A program made the position numbers and the translations under genes. A DNA stretch of 64,000 nucleotides from a virus. Taxonomy: Duplodnaviria > Caudoviricetes. Each line of letters opens with the position of its first letter. Position 1 is the first letter of the stretch. Shown here piece after piece: positions 1 through 11,528 of the stretch. Location: positions 138,176-202,175 of the IMG/VR virus record IMGVR_UViG_3300031867_000003. The stretch is one strand, 5' to 3'. The notes under the pieces were generated by a model that saw nothing but the letters and a program-made list of their open reading frames with translations, was not told the origin of the DNA and did not search any database.

Positions 1-3000
1 ATTATCATAAGTTGGTGTTTCACCGTTTGCGGTTTCAACCAAAAGATTTCGAACTTCATTTTTTAATTGTCCAAATATTTTAGTGGACTTCACACCGAAT
101 TCATCACGAATGGCAGACGCTACCCTAGTTGTTTCTTTTTCTAAGTTTTGTTCATCAATTATAATATCGTCTATAGGCGACTCACTGGGTATACTTTTAT
201 CCCACATATTAGATATTTCATTAAAAGTATATCCAAGTTCTTTTGCTTTAGAATTAAATTGATCTATCGCGTCTGTAAACGGAAGATTTTTTTCTGTAAC
301 CTAAAATTCCAAGTCGTCTACTATAGACTACAAACTTTTTGGAGCCAACTTGGTCATATTTTCAAATTTCTAATGCGGCAAAATATCCTCGCCATTTTGT
401 GAAATCTTCTTCCAGGATCCAGATATTTCATCAAAAGCATATCCAACTGACTCGGCAAATTTTCTAACGGCCTCTTCACCTTTAATAGACTCCTTGGTTA
501 TTTGATCTAAGAAAGCACCATATCCGTCCGGAAGTTCATCCTCCGCCATTCCCATAGCATCTAAAATAGGCTATGTTCCCTCTGTGAATTTCAATATTTC
601 ACCATTTACACGACCATTTCTTTCACGTTCGGCTACAAGTTCTTCCTATCTTTGAGCTATATGAGATTTAAACTCATCCATTGCCGCATCATATTCTTTT
701 TGCCCAGTAGCAACGTCGGCTATTAGCTGATTTACAAAATCTTGATTTGCATCAGAATATCCCTCTATGGAGCGGATATCTTTTCCAAATGTTCGACGTC
801 TGTCGTCTGGGACGGCAACTGGTGAAACTGGAGCCCCATCAGAATCTCCAGCTTTATGATTTTCATCATCTATAGCATCGGCTGCCTCTTCAATCTTTTC
901 TGCCGTTTCTTTCCCAGATTCAGCAACTTTTTCTTTATTTACTTTCGCGAATTCTTCTTTATATGGGATTGCCTCTTTGGCGGACTCGCCCTCGGTTTTT
1001 ATTGCGTTTGCACCTTCGCGGAGAGAAGATAAGTCAATAGAAGATATGGTAGACTGAAATGTTGTGATAGATTTATTTAACTCATCAAAATTACCGGCAA
1101 TGCTTTCCCAATTAATATTTGATAATATAGAATCGTTACCACCTAAACTAAAAGCGTTCTATATAGCCTCTCCCATTTTTTCGGCGTTCTCAGCAACTTT
1201 CTGCATTGTTTCGTTAAGTTGCTCAAGAAATGATGGCGCTTTTGCGTCTTTCGGAAGAAGCCCCTTTGACATTACATTATGCAAATTGCCTATTGCATCT
1301 GTAAATAATTGGATTTGTTGTGTGTATTCTTTTACGGAATCGGATTGCCCAATTTCATCATCAGCTTTTATTCTGGTCTAACTCAACGTTTCAAGTAACT
1401 GGTCTTTTAACTTCTGTTTATCTTCAGGAGACTTTGTAATTTCTGCCTTTTCACGAATTCTTTTACTTATATATTTGAAATCCGTTGCCGGAAAATTTGA
1501 TTCCAACATTTGATCCCAAAATGAGTTTTCCCCTTTTCCGACACTTTCAGCGGTTCTCTATATAGAAGAGATGAATGCCATTATTTGTTTAATCTGGGTC
1601 TTTGAATCTGGTAATAGTTTAATTCTATCTGGATTAAACTATTCAACGAATTCCTAAACATTAGGGAACGCTTCCAAAAACCCGGAACTTCTTGGTGACT
1701 ATGCCATAATATTTGCTAAAAGCTATATATCACTAACATCTCCACCAAGCATACCTTCATCTTTTAATGATAATTTATATTTGTTTACGACGTCTAATAT
1801 ATTTTTATATGCTGCCTAATATCTTTCAGCCTAATTTAACCATTCTGTTTCTATATTTGCCTCAATTGCTGCGTCCGCTACATCGTCTTTAACATGCACA
1901 TTAAACTATTGTTCTTTTCTTGATGTGGCTCTCGAAAAATCCCACATTTCTCTATTAAGTTGCAATAATGATTTCTGATTATTTCTAGCTTTTTGGTTAG
2001 TACCTTCTCCAAATCTACCTATAGCATCAGATACCTAATTAACCACAGATAACAAAGACTAAAACTAACTAATTAACGGTTCTATTCCAGCGTCTGTATC
2101 TATTTGACCAAATGCAGAACTAATATTTGTTATTTCCGTATTTAAATTTTCTAGTGTATTAATCAACTATTGAATATTTTCCGTATTCCAAGACGTAGAA
2201 TCACCACTTGTAGCATGAATTTCTGAAGACATTTTTTCTTTTTTTTTATTAATATTTTCTATATGTTCCTCGGTATCATTTAAAGCCTATTCCGTTTCAT
2301 CTATATTTGGCATTTTTATTTTTGAAAAATCAAAATCATTAATAGCCTATTTAATATCATTAAGTGCATTTTTAAGTTCATTTAATGCGTTTGTTGCGGA
2401 AGTTATTTGTCCCTCATCAATTTTAAATGTTAGTCCATTACCATCTTCTCCGAGAGCATCTAGGGACTACGAGACTTTATCTATAATATTTTGAAATTTC
2501 TAAAACGTTCCGTCATCTTGAAATGCTTTCTTAATTTTGCCAATAGAATCGGCTACGCCGGATTCGGTCTCATCTTCAACTCTATCAGCCATCTGTTTGG
2601 ATGCCTCTAACTCCCTCTCAAGTTCTGCTCGCTGCTATTTTAATGACTTAACCTAGGACTTATTTATTTCATCTGGATTTCTTCCAAGATTCTATAAATT
2701 TTTATTTCTAACATCAACCAGTCTAGCCTATATGTCTTTATAGTTTTCAAACACGCCGGAATCTTTAATTATTCTGTTATCGGGGTTTAGAGCAGTTCTT
2801 AATTTTTTAGTAATATCAAATATTATTTGAGAAAAATCTTTATCGTCAAACCCTATTAACTAACTCAAGTCTCCGCCTTGACCCAAATATTTAAATAAAT
2901 TATCAATATAACCACGCAAATCACTTGCATTTTCCTTAGAAAATAGCCCGTCCAATTGAACATTTGATGTAGCAAGCTATTGTATCTTTCTATATCCTTG

Positions 3001-3444
3001 ACTATTAGAATCAAGTAAATCTCTTTGTATTTTCCTAAAATTATTTTTTGCCTAGTTAGCATTTTTAATTTGTTGATTTATGTTATCAATATCAAAACCG
3101 ATTACTTCCTCTGGTCTAACAGTTGTTTTTCCGGCTATCTGATTAACGGTTCTTCCAACATTTTCTAAATTGCTCTATACTTCTCGAAGAGAATTGCTAA
3201 GTTCGTCCATCCCTGCAACATTTAAACCAAATAAATCTTCGCCGTTCTATCCTTTATACATCTTTGTTACATTTTTAATCGCGGATTCAATGTCCTTAAT
3301 TGAGTCTAATATTTTTGATGTATCTATATCTGCATTAAATTTAATTGGTTTTTTAGCTCTTCTTTCCAATTCGTCTATTTTTTTAGTGCCACTATCATCA
3401 ACTTCAACTTTCAACGGCACAATCACGGTTTCAGTTTCTTTCAT
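1..3444 (-). CDS. N-terminal >1148 aa of a very large tape-measure-like/coiled-coil tail protein (code 15; runs off the left edge)
   Basis: One frame from ATG 3444 to position 1 has no TAA/TGA, only about 30 in-frame TAG (hand count). ORF-track pieces 3247..3444 and 370..555 are in this frame. The sequence looks helical and lies downstream of tail genes. TMP identity is inferred from size and position. Confidence 0.75.
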
Positions 3445-3458
3445 TATTACTCACCCCC

Positions 3459-3896
3459 TTATAAAATTCCATTTATATATTCAACAATTAAATCACTAAT
3501 AGGCGTAGATGTTGGTACATTTGCAAATGACCATCCACCAGCACCATTGGGTCTCGGTCCACCATGAACACCATAATTAACGGCTTTATCAAACGCATGT
3601 CCAGAATCACCTGGGTAAGTTGTACCCCATGGCGCCTCCCAAGAATTTACTCCCACCGTCCCAGAAGTAAAAGTATATACCAAATCACATCCTTCTATCC
3701 CGTGCCATCTTTCTTCCGGCTCTACTTCTGCAAAACTATCAAAACCAAAAACACGATCATAACTACCTGGACCACCAGAACCGTACCATTCTGCCACGGC
3801 ACCGCCAATAGCAGCAGGGATTTCTTCTTTTATTTTGTTTACCTATTCTTCGAGCGCAAGTTTTATTATCTAATCCGGTATAATATTTTTATTCAT
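3459..3896 (-). CDS. hypothetical tail-region protein (code 15, 2 in-frame TAG)
   Basis: ATG 3896 is in frame with ORF 3459..3797 once TAG is read through (MNKNIIPDQIIKLALEEQVNK...). Confidence 0.7.
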
Positions 3897-3946
3897 AAAT
3901 TGCACACCTACCTTAACGGTATATAATTATACCGCTCATGTTATTA

Positions 3947-4462
3947 TCAATTAAACGTGTTATCTAATATTGCATTCAATTTATCTAAATCTATTTTTTC
4001 AAAAATAGGATATAGTGTAGCTCCGATTAATTCCCCAAATCTTTCAACTTGTTTATTTATATAACTATGCGGCTCATATTCATTTGTTATCATGTCATTA
4101 CACTTCATATTAAGAATAATTTTGAACTCATTTAAATCTTTTTCATCAATCATAGACACAATATCATCAAGTGCCATAGATGCATCTAATTTATTATATT
4201 CATTAAGCCCATCCTTAAAATTTATATCAATATCCGTATACATATCTACAATACTTAAAAATGTAAACATATGTTTTGCAGTAGAATTAACTTTAAAATT
4301 CCTATTCTCATCATAATAAGAATTATTAATAATTATCTGAGATCGAACATCTTTTTCCTCAAGAGGGATATAAGATTTTACAATATGCTCTTTAACAAAT
4401 ACAATGCGCTTATCCGTTTCTTTACAATTATCATATAATTCCATAAATTCATCAAATTTCAT
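3947..4462 (-). CDS. hypothetical phage protein
   Basis: ORF with AAGGAG RBS before ATG 4462. Confidence 0.7.
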   Translation of the reverse strand: MKFDEFMELYDNCKETDKRIVFVKEHIVKSYIPLEEKDVRSQIIINNSYYDENRNFKVNSTAKHMFTFLSIVDMYTDIDINFKDGLNEYNKLDASMALDDIVSMIDEKDLNEFKIILNMKCNDMITNEYEPHSYINKQVERFGELIGATLYPIFEKIDLDKLNAILDNTFN

Positions 4463-5576
4463 AATATTTCTCCTTACAATCATCTACAGTAGTTACCGTA
4501 ATTTCTGTGTGCGGATTTTCTTTGTCATAGCCGATTATTTGAAAAAAAGAATTAAGATTTAAGCAGTTGGATTTATCTTCGACAATATTATTATTCTTAT
4601 GTTTTTTACTAAATTCCCAGTTGTCTATCCAACCGTAAATATCCTAAATGGAGTAATACAATTTTTCATCTATAATAATTAGTTTAGAATTTTCAACTGG
4701 ATATTGTTTTGAAAACAATTCTAATCTCAATTTAGATTTTTCATCCATCCATCCTTTAATTTCCAACCATAAATCATAATCGGGCAAATAAAAATCTGGC
4801 TAATAACTCGCAATACCTTTGATATTTTCATTAAAGAAAAAACGCTTATATTCATACTTCCACTAAATATTTAAACAATTTAAAACTCTGGCAATATTAG
4901 CCTCCCAAGAACTTCTAAAATATTGATTTAAGTCCTCACGTTTTCCACCTCTACATCTTGAATACGCATTTTCCGTTGTTCCATAACCTCTAGACTTTGC
5001 TCTTGTCTATACAGCCTTCATAGCTATGTTATGTTTCTCTTCATACGACATATTCGCAAATAATTGCTAATGAGTTTCGGACATCTTCTTTTTTGTTTCT
5101 TTATTATGATGTTTTCCAAGCATACCTCTAGAATGTCCGTTTTCTTTTTGATAATTCTAAGTAGCTAGTGACAATTTTTGTCTTACCTCATTTTGAAATC
5201 TCTCAGATTTGTGATATAAATCAACACCATTTTTCACTTTTTCAATAAACTCATCGGTTGCCTTTCTATTGCCATCTGTTAACCCAGCCTCTCTAGCAAC
5301 ACGTTGTATAGATATAATTGGTCTATTTATTTTTCTTGATAGAGTCTCAAGATTTAAATATTCGCCAGTATGGTCATTATAATAATCAATTATAATCTGT
5401 TTCTCGTTTTCCGTTATTGGTTTGGGAGCAAGCCAGTTTAATCCTAGTTTGGTTTTCATCCCTCTAATACTACCAGATGACCTATTTAAAACTTCACTAA
5501 TCTCCTAAACAGTTTTCCCCTAACTATATAATTTTACTAGTTTATCCTTTTCCTCATCTGTCCACTTTTTATCCAT
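4452..5576 (-). CDS. free-standing homing-endonuclease-like protein (HTH + NUMOD3-like + PD-(D/E)xK nuclease), code 15
   Basis: Continuous frame with TAG=Gln. Motifs: GMLGKHHNKETKKKMSE (NUMOD3-like), YFRSSWEANIARVL, YQPDFYLPDYDLWLEIKGW. Confidence 0.8.
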
Positions 5577-5595
5577 AAAAAACTCCTCTTAAAAA

Positions 5596-6033
5596 TTATA
5601 TTTCTTTAATATAAAATTCGGTTCTTGGATTATCTTTGTCATATCCACCAGTTATTGTAAGTTTTGTAAGATTAAGATAATTATCATCAATAATCATTTT
5701 GGATTCAGTAAACGCATCCATAAGCAGTTTAACCCCTCCAACGCAATTGTCTAAATCAAATCTTCTTCTCGTTGGCATATAAACTTTTACCTCAAGCTCG
5801 AACATATCTAAGCATAAATTTTCATATTCATAACGGTTTACTAACCACATTCCAAATTCTTTATATTTAGCTTTTAACGCGGCAATTTGAACCCTTTGTA
5901 AAATCAAAATCTGATTAAGAGTTGGCATTATAGGTCTATCAATAGGATTTTTTTTCGCCCTAGGATGGCATTTGAAATAATACTTGTTATATTCGTCAAC
6001 CAACTATTGGTCTATTATTATTTTGTATTCCAT
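5596..6033 (-). CDS. rusA: RusA-like Holliday junction resolvase (code 15)
   Basis: RRRFDLDN...KLLMDAF...IIDDN...DKDNPRTE motif set; ATG 6033 reached through one TAG. Confidence 0.8.
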
Positions 6034-6047
6034 TCAGTTTTCTCCTA

Positions 6048-6251
6048 TCAAACGGTCATAGAAAGCATTATATTGGCAATATCTCGCACACAATCTTTGC
6101 GACCAATATCTTTAACTATAGCTATGGCTAAATATGTTTCCCAATAATCAACAAAATGTTCGTCATCTTCAGTAACATCATCGCATCCCCAACGTCGCAC
6201 TACTTCATTAAACTTTTCACAAAATTCCAATATATTTTTACATTCTTCCAT
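6048..6251 (-). CDS. hypothetical protein
   Basis: Short ORF between the recombinase and rusA. Confidence 0.5.
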   Translation of the reverse strand: MEECKNILEFCEKFNEVVRRWGCDDVTEDDEHFVDYWETYLAIAIVKDIGRKDCVRDIANIMLSMTV

Positions 6252-6259
6252 AAACCGCC

Positions 6260-7264
6260 TCATTGTATTCCAAACATCTCATTTATTTTATCTTCGGTTT
6301 CATCCTTAAAATAGCCGGAAGTGGTAGTCAAATCAGAATGATGAGCAAATGCCTGGATTTGATCTAACTCAAATACCTTATTATTGCCATTTTCATCTTT
6401 AAGCCGGTCATCCCAACCTTTTTTCAACGCTTGGAGTCGGGAATGGCGACAACTATGAGGAAAAATATTTACTTCCTCTCCGCGAACTTCAGATAATATT
6501 TTACTAATACTAACAATCCTGTCATAAAGAGCTCCACAGTCAACTTCAGAAGCCGTTTCCCCATGTCCCTTAATCCACAAGGAATCTATTCCGTCATCTC
6601 CGCGCCATTCCAAATATTGCCTAATTAATTCCCTGGTGTCATTTAAATAAATAAGAGGAAACTGCTTTCCTCGCTTTCCTCTGACTATATTGGTTTTATT
6701 GCCTTCAAGAAGACCGTCTTTTTTAACTTGATAAACCTCATTGCGTCTCGCTCCAGAATCATACATCAATGACCACAACACAGCATCTTGCAGTCTACCA
6801 CGTTCAAGAAGAATATCTCGTGTTTTTACAAACTCTTCATATGTAAAGAAGAAATCATCATCATTGGTTTTGACCTTTTCATTCGGAACTCCGCGAACCT
6901 TTTTACTATAATTGATTTCATAATCATAATCGTCATCTTCTTCGCAAAAAGTCAACATTGAGTTAATAGAAGAGTGGAGACGATTGCATCTTGCCGGCGA
7001 CATTCCGGAATCGTCAAACCATATATTTAAACGTCTAAAATCTTTCTTTGTCATCTCAAGCACTGATTTATTATCAAAGTCCTCTAATATTTTAATAAAT
7101 ATTAATTTCAAATCATATCTGTAAGCATTAATGGTGTTAGGACTTTTTTTCTGCTGGCGAAGTTCCGTAAGGAAGTCTTCCATAATGGCTTTATTTTCTG
7201 GATTAACCTTGGCCCATTTTTCATCGGTATATATTCTATTATAAACTCCTCGGCTTCTAGCCAT
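6260..7264 (-). CDS. tyrosine recombinase (XerC/D-like; resembles the tail-region YomM-type recombinase of SPbeta-like phages)
   Basis: Catalytic residues SGARR, K, HSCRH, AHH, Y (TSGYF); GGAGG RBS. Confidence 0.85.
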   Translation of the reverse strand: MARSRGVYNRIYTDEKWAKVNPENKAIMEDFLTELRQQKKSPNTINAYRYDLKLIFIKILEDFDNKSVLEMTKKDFRRLNIWFDDSGMSPARCNRLHSSINSMLTFCEEDDDYDYEINYSKKVRGVPNEKVKTNDDDFFFTYEEFVKTRDILLERGRLQDAVLWSLMYDSGARRNEVYQVKKDGLLEGNKTNIVRGKRGKQFPLIYLNDTRELIRQYLEWRGDDGIDSLWIKGHGETASEVDCGALYDRIVSISKILSEVRGEEVNIFPHSCRHSRLQALKKGWDDRLKDENGNNKVFELDQIQAFAHHSDLTTTSGYFKDETEDKINEMFGIQ

Positions 7265-8446
7265 TTAATTATCACCTCCATAATTAGAATACATAATTAC
7301 ATTCCTACCATATTTAATTTCTGTACTGTATTCTAATTCTCCATTTTTTAATACTAAATCCCAGTCAATATTATTTTTCCTAAACTGTTCAATCTTAATT
7401 CTTAGGTCAATACTAGGATTATCAAGAATCTAATCCACATTGTTTTTTGTCAAATCACAAGGAAACAGAATATAATATATTAGTCCTCCACTACTTAATA
7501 AATGTTCTTTATATTTCAATTTCAATCTATACTTTTCTCTAGAATCGCTTTTATCAATAGGTTTATCCATATAATAATAATCTTTATATGCTTCTATTAT
7601 TCCGGGAATTTCAATATAAATCGTTTTCCCATGATATTTAATAACATAATCACAATTCATATTCCCGCTATAGCTATCTATAAAATCAGAATATTTTACA
7701 TCTCTAAAGTAATCTATTCCAAAAACTAATCCGCGAGACCTTAAGTACATAGATAATAAATATTCAAACTAACTTGTAGTTATCTCTCCATCATCAAACG
7801 AATATAATGTCCCTCTCCCTGCTATTCCAATTTCAAATCCATTATTTTTAATATATTCACCAAGTGTCTGATTATAATATTTTCTGCATGAATTTTGTAA
7901 ACATGCTATAGACGGAATGTTATCCAAAGAAGAAATAAATTTATCCGTAATATAAGGAATATTTTTCTACATAGCAACACTAAAAACATACTACATCGCT
8001 TTATTAAAACCTTCTATGTCCAAAGCCTTGGACATCATATCTTCTTGTATGATTTCCAATCCAATTTCTTCCTTCATTTTATTAAGAGAACCCCATACTT
8101 TATTTATATATCTTATTGATGGGACTAATGCCCCTAGATCCCTAAAGTCATCATAATACAAAGGTCTGCCTAATTCTTTTCTGTATTTTTTTATTCTTTC
8201 AATTGCTTCCTCTTTTGGCATTTTCATTGTAAACAATCCAGACCAATTTACAAAATCAGACCAACTTTTTACATTTGAATCCGGGCAATGCTTTACGAAC
8301 CATCTAGCATCAGGCAAATCATAAAATCTAAGTTTAGCATGTGAGATGTGTCTACGATTATTAATACTTTTTAATATAAAATCGTTCACATATAAATCAT
8401 ATTTGTTTAAATCAAATTTACGTGGAGACATTTTTTTCTTTTCCAT
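7265..8446 (-). CDS. free-standing homing-endonuclease-like protein (HE-associated repeat + C-terminal PD-(D/E)xK), code 15
   Basis: ORF pieces 7991..8467 and 7430..7750 join in frame through TAG. Motifs: PSIRYINKVWGSLNKMKEEIGL repeat and CDYVI...IYIEI. Confidence 0.7.
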
Positions 8447-8583
8447 ATTTATCATTCCTTTCAACAATGATTATCCTTTCACAAATAAAAGCGCAGAAGA
8501 GCAGTGAAAGGTTCTGCTCCCACTAGGTTAATTACTCCTAATGTTTCTGCGCAGATAATAAAAAATACCTATGACAGTATTAT

Positions 8584-8655
8584 TTATTCAGTGGGAAGAA
8601 TCTGTTTGATTAATTCCGGCGTTGTTATATTGTTATATACTGTTTTACGTCCTAT
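8584..8655 (-). pseudogene. orphaned 5' end of a tyrosine recombinase gene
   Basis: AGAAGGGAG RBS, then (I)GRKTVYNNITTPELIKQILPTE*, which resembles the N-terminus of 6260..7264 (MARSRGVYNRIYTDEKWAKVNPEN). Confidence 0.55.
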
Positions 8656-8833
8656 AACAGATCACTCCCTTCTCATAAAATTTAACTTTCATCAACCAAA
8701 TAATATTCTATGGTTAATGGTATTACCACAAATTCCGTATTAGTTTGGAAATCTTCCATATAATGCGTTTTGCGCCGCCCAGTGGCCACCAGTGCGTTTG
8801 CTAGTGGCCACCCGGCGTTGCCAGTGGCCGGGG

Positions 8834-9580
8834 TTAATCAGCCACTTTTCGTTCAATCATAACGATGTAGTGTTTCGTCACCCGCTTGAGCAACGAGTTG
8901 GATGATACCTCATCCTCCATCAGCATGGAGGGCCATGCCTTTGGCTCGCGCTGCGAGCAGATAATACAGCTCCTTGACAATTCATTCCGTTTTTCCAGGA
9001 TGTCATACAGAGCCTTGACTTCATCATCCTCTGTGATTGGGTGCAGAAGAAAGTCGTCCAGGATCACAAGATCAAGGTTAATGATCGCCTTTACCTTCTT
9101 CTGATACTGCTTGAATTCGATTTTTCTGGCCGCGGCAAGCTCACTTACGAGTTCATCGCAATGATAGTAACCTACACGATATTCCCGGCATGCTTCGGCA
9201 CCAAGCGCTCTCGCAAGATAGGTCTTTCCGCTATCAGAAGCCCCGAAGATACAAAGGTTCATGCCTTCCCGTACAAAATCCAACGACGAAAGCGTATGGA
9301 CGATATCCAACGGTTGGTACTGGCGCTCTTTGGAATCAACACACTGGTCAAGACAGCTGTCACTTCCTTTCAGTTTTGCCTTCTTCAGACGCGATGTATA
9401 GCGGTTTGTAATCGTTACGATATATTCGGCGTGAATGATAGTACTGATCAACTCCAGACGTCCTGTATTAACAAAGGCCGGCTGCTTATAAAGTGTTTCA
9501 AGCTCTGCGGCCATATGCGGCAGTTTCAGTTCATCCAGCTCCTCCAGGATTGACTTCAGCTCCTTTGCTCCTGTATTCAT
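8834..9580 (-). CDS. istB: IS21 helper AAA+ ATPase IstB
   Basis: Walker A GASDSGKT, Walker B LVILDD; ATGA overlap with istA. Confidence 0.95.
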   Translation of the reverse strand: MNTGAKELKSILEELDELKLPHMAAELETLYKQPAFVNTGRLELISTIIHAEYIVTITNRYTSRLKKAKLKGSDSCLDQCVDSKERQYQPLDIVHTLSSLDFVREGMNLCIFGASDSGKTYLARALGAEACREYRVGYYHCDELVSELAAARKIEFKQYQKKVKAIINLDLVILDDFLLHPITEDDEVKALYDILEKRNELSRSCIICSQREPKAWPSMLMEDEVSSNSLLKRVTKHYIVMIERKVAD

Positions 9581-11193
9581 TGCTGCGCCTCCTTTCCGGA
9601 CTGATCCGCGAGGGTACGGCTGCGATTCAGCAGTTTTTCCATGTCGGAGTAACTGCTGTCCATGATGTAGGAGCCTTCGTTCCGCTTTTTATTCTTATCG
9701 GTGTTGTAACCTTCAGAGCCAAGTTCTTCGGCTACCGCGCCAATGGTGGTTTTGATATAGGTGTAGGTCGTCCTCTCAGCAGCGAGAGCGCGCCTGCAAC
9801 ATTCCTCCAGGGCAGAGCGGCTGTACTTCTTTGTGAAGCCAAGAACGCCCACACAGAGCCTGTAGGTCTGAACTTCCAGCTTCCGGCTCTTCAGGATCCG
9901 CTTAATTACTTCCGTAGTGTTGCTGCCAACTGTGGATGCTTTCCGGATAAAGTAGGTGCTGTTCCATTCCGAAAAATCCTCGTAGTTTTTCGGCAGACGG
10001 CTGGAGTCTGTTTTCCATTCGCCTCTGTAGGTTGCCCGTGGCCATTCGATAATCAGTTCGCCTTCGAGACTGAAGATCTTGACAACGGAGGCAGTTGCAC
10101 GAATGATGACTTTTTTGTGCAGATACGCTTTGTCTACGCTATAATAAGCATTGTCAAAGCGGATGTGGAAGTCGCTTGACACCTTTGCCGTGGCCCTCTC
10201 CATGTAATGGTACTGCGTGGAGGGGAGCGGCATCAGCTCTTCCTTTTCTTCTGCCCAATAGTAGGAGCGGCAATGCTCCTTCTTCTTAAACGGAGCGTCA
10301 TTCAGCTCATCCAGCTTCTCCCAGAGGTCTTCATTGAACTGCTCAAGCGAGAAATATCTGCGTTCTTCCAGTTCATGGAAGAACCCTTTCTCGAGAATGC
10401 CAACCGCGTTTTCCACAGAAGATTTGAAACGGGGTTTCCGGACCTTGGCGGGAAGAATCACGGTGTGGTTGTGCTCCGCCCATTCTGCGTAGTCCTGATT
10501 CAGTTCCGGCTGTATCCAGTCCTTGTTTGCGATCACGGCCTGTTTGCAGTTATCGCAAACGACGATAGCGGGAACGCCGCCAAAAGCCTTCAACGCGTTG
10601 TTATTGACCTCGATCCACTGCATCTCCTTTGTGGATTCCATACCCTCAGCGTAGATGTACTGGGAATACGGAAGGATAGCAACAAATACGACGATCGGTG
10701 TGATCTCGCCGGTAAGACGGTTGATCAGATCAAATGTCTTGCCTGCAAAGTCGACTTCCATCGTCTGGGCGATCACGGCTGTAAAGTGTGCTGTTTCGTA
10801 GTTTTCCTCGCACCACTTGCCGAAGAGCTCACAGAACTGCCGGTACTGGTATGGTTTCTTCTCCTCGGCATTGCAGCGCTTGACATACCGGTCCCAGCAC
10901 ACCTGAAGCGTCATGTTCTTTCTTTCGTTCATGAGCTTCAGAACCTTCGGGTAGTCGGGGTACTCGTAGCTTTCATCTCGACCGCCTTCGCCCGGCACTT
11001 TGCCATACACCTTCATGGCAATTCCGGCGTTTGTGATCCCGGGCGGGAGTGGGAAGTCCAGATCTTCGCACTTTTCGAATGCGTGGATAAACTTCTGTAT
11101 CCCGGATTTGCTCATACCGGTTTGCCGGCTGATTTCTCTCACCGACAACTTGATCACGAAGTATTTGTTGAGAATGTCTCTGTAGTCTAGCAT
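9577..11193 (-). CDS. istA: IS21 DDE transposase IstA
   Basis: N-terminal HTH; EVDFAG, VCDNCK, KPRFKSSVEN motifs. Confidence 0.95.
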   Translation of the reverse strand: MLDYRDILNKYFVIKLSVREISRQTGMSKSGIQKFIHAFEKCEDLDFPLPPGITNAGIAMKVYGKVPGEGGRDESYEYPDYPKVLKLMNERKNMTLQVCWDRYVKRCNAEEKKPYQYRQFCELFGKWCEENYETAHFTAVIAQTMEVDFAGKTFDLINRLTGEITPIVVFVAILPYSQYIYAEGMESTKEMQWIEVNNNALKAFGGVPAIVVCDNCKQAVIANKDWIQPELNQDYAEWAEHNHTVILPAKVRKPRFKSSVENAVGILEKGFFHELEERRYFSLEQFNEDLWEKLDELNDAPFKKKEHCRSYYWAEEKEELMPLPSTQYHYMERATAKVSSDFHIRFDNAYYSVDKAYLHKKVIIRATASVVKIFSLEGELIIEWPRATYRGEWKTDSSRLPKNYEDFSEWNSTYFIRKASTVGSNTTEVIKRILKSRKLEVQTYRLCVGVLGFTKKYSRSALEECCRRALAAERTTYTYIKTTIGAVAEELGSEGYNTDKNKKRNEGSYIMDSSYSDMEKLLNRSRTLADQSGKEAQQ

Positions 11194-11528
11194 AGGCTAC
11201 CTCCTAATAAGAATCTCCATCGCTATAGGTGGGCGTTCTCATTATAGGAGATAACGGTATTCAAAACTCAATAAACCCGGCCACTCGCTCCGCTCCGTGG
11301 CCACTTACGGCCGCATAAGCGGCCACTGGGATCCGCCGTATGCAATATAATTCATAAGCACTATATCTGCGATATCTTTATCATATGTTTTAGTAGCCAA
11401 TTCAATATTAGTTACAATTTCCCATTTATGGTCATGTAATGAACGTAGATATACAGTTTTTCCTTCTGCATCAATGGAGGCTATTACATATTTATTTATA
11501 GTTTTTTCCAATTGCTTTCTCATAATAT

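Larger units (their letters stand above)
8764..11344 (-). mobile_element. IS21-family insertion sequence (2581 bp)
   Basis: TG...CA ends; imperfect IRs TGCGTTTTGCGCCGCCCAGTGGCC / TGCATACGGCGGATCCCAGTGGCC; multiple subterminal GTGGCC(A) repeats; 6-bp TSD ATATAA at 8758-8763 and 11345-11350; GC clearly higher than the flanks. Confidence 0.95.
8682..11523 (-). pseudogene. small phage gene interrupted by IS21
   Basis: Removing 8764-11344 plus one TSD copy restores MRKQLEK...IVLMNY-MEDFQTNTEFVVIPLTIEYYLVDES*. Confidence 0.8.

Noticed and set aside
2232-2247. Homopolymer frameshift in the tape-measure-like gene
   Set aside because: The run reads AAT AAA AAA AAA GAA AAA ATG and keeps the frame
6260-7264. 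Prophage integrase marking an att boundary
   Set aside because: Phage genes continue on both sides and no att-like repeat was seen; it resembles the tail-region recombinase of SPbeta-like phages
8886-11190. Long plus-strand ORFs (9041..9553, 9493..10179, 10207..11190)
   Set aside because: Antisense shadows of the GC-rich istA/istB, with no RBS or motifs
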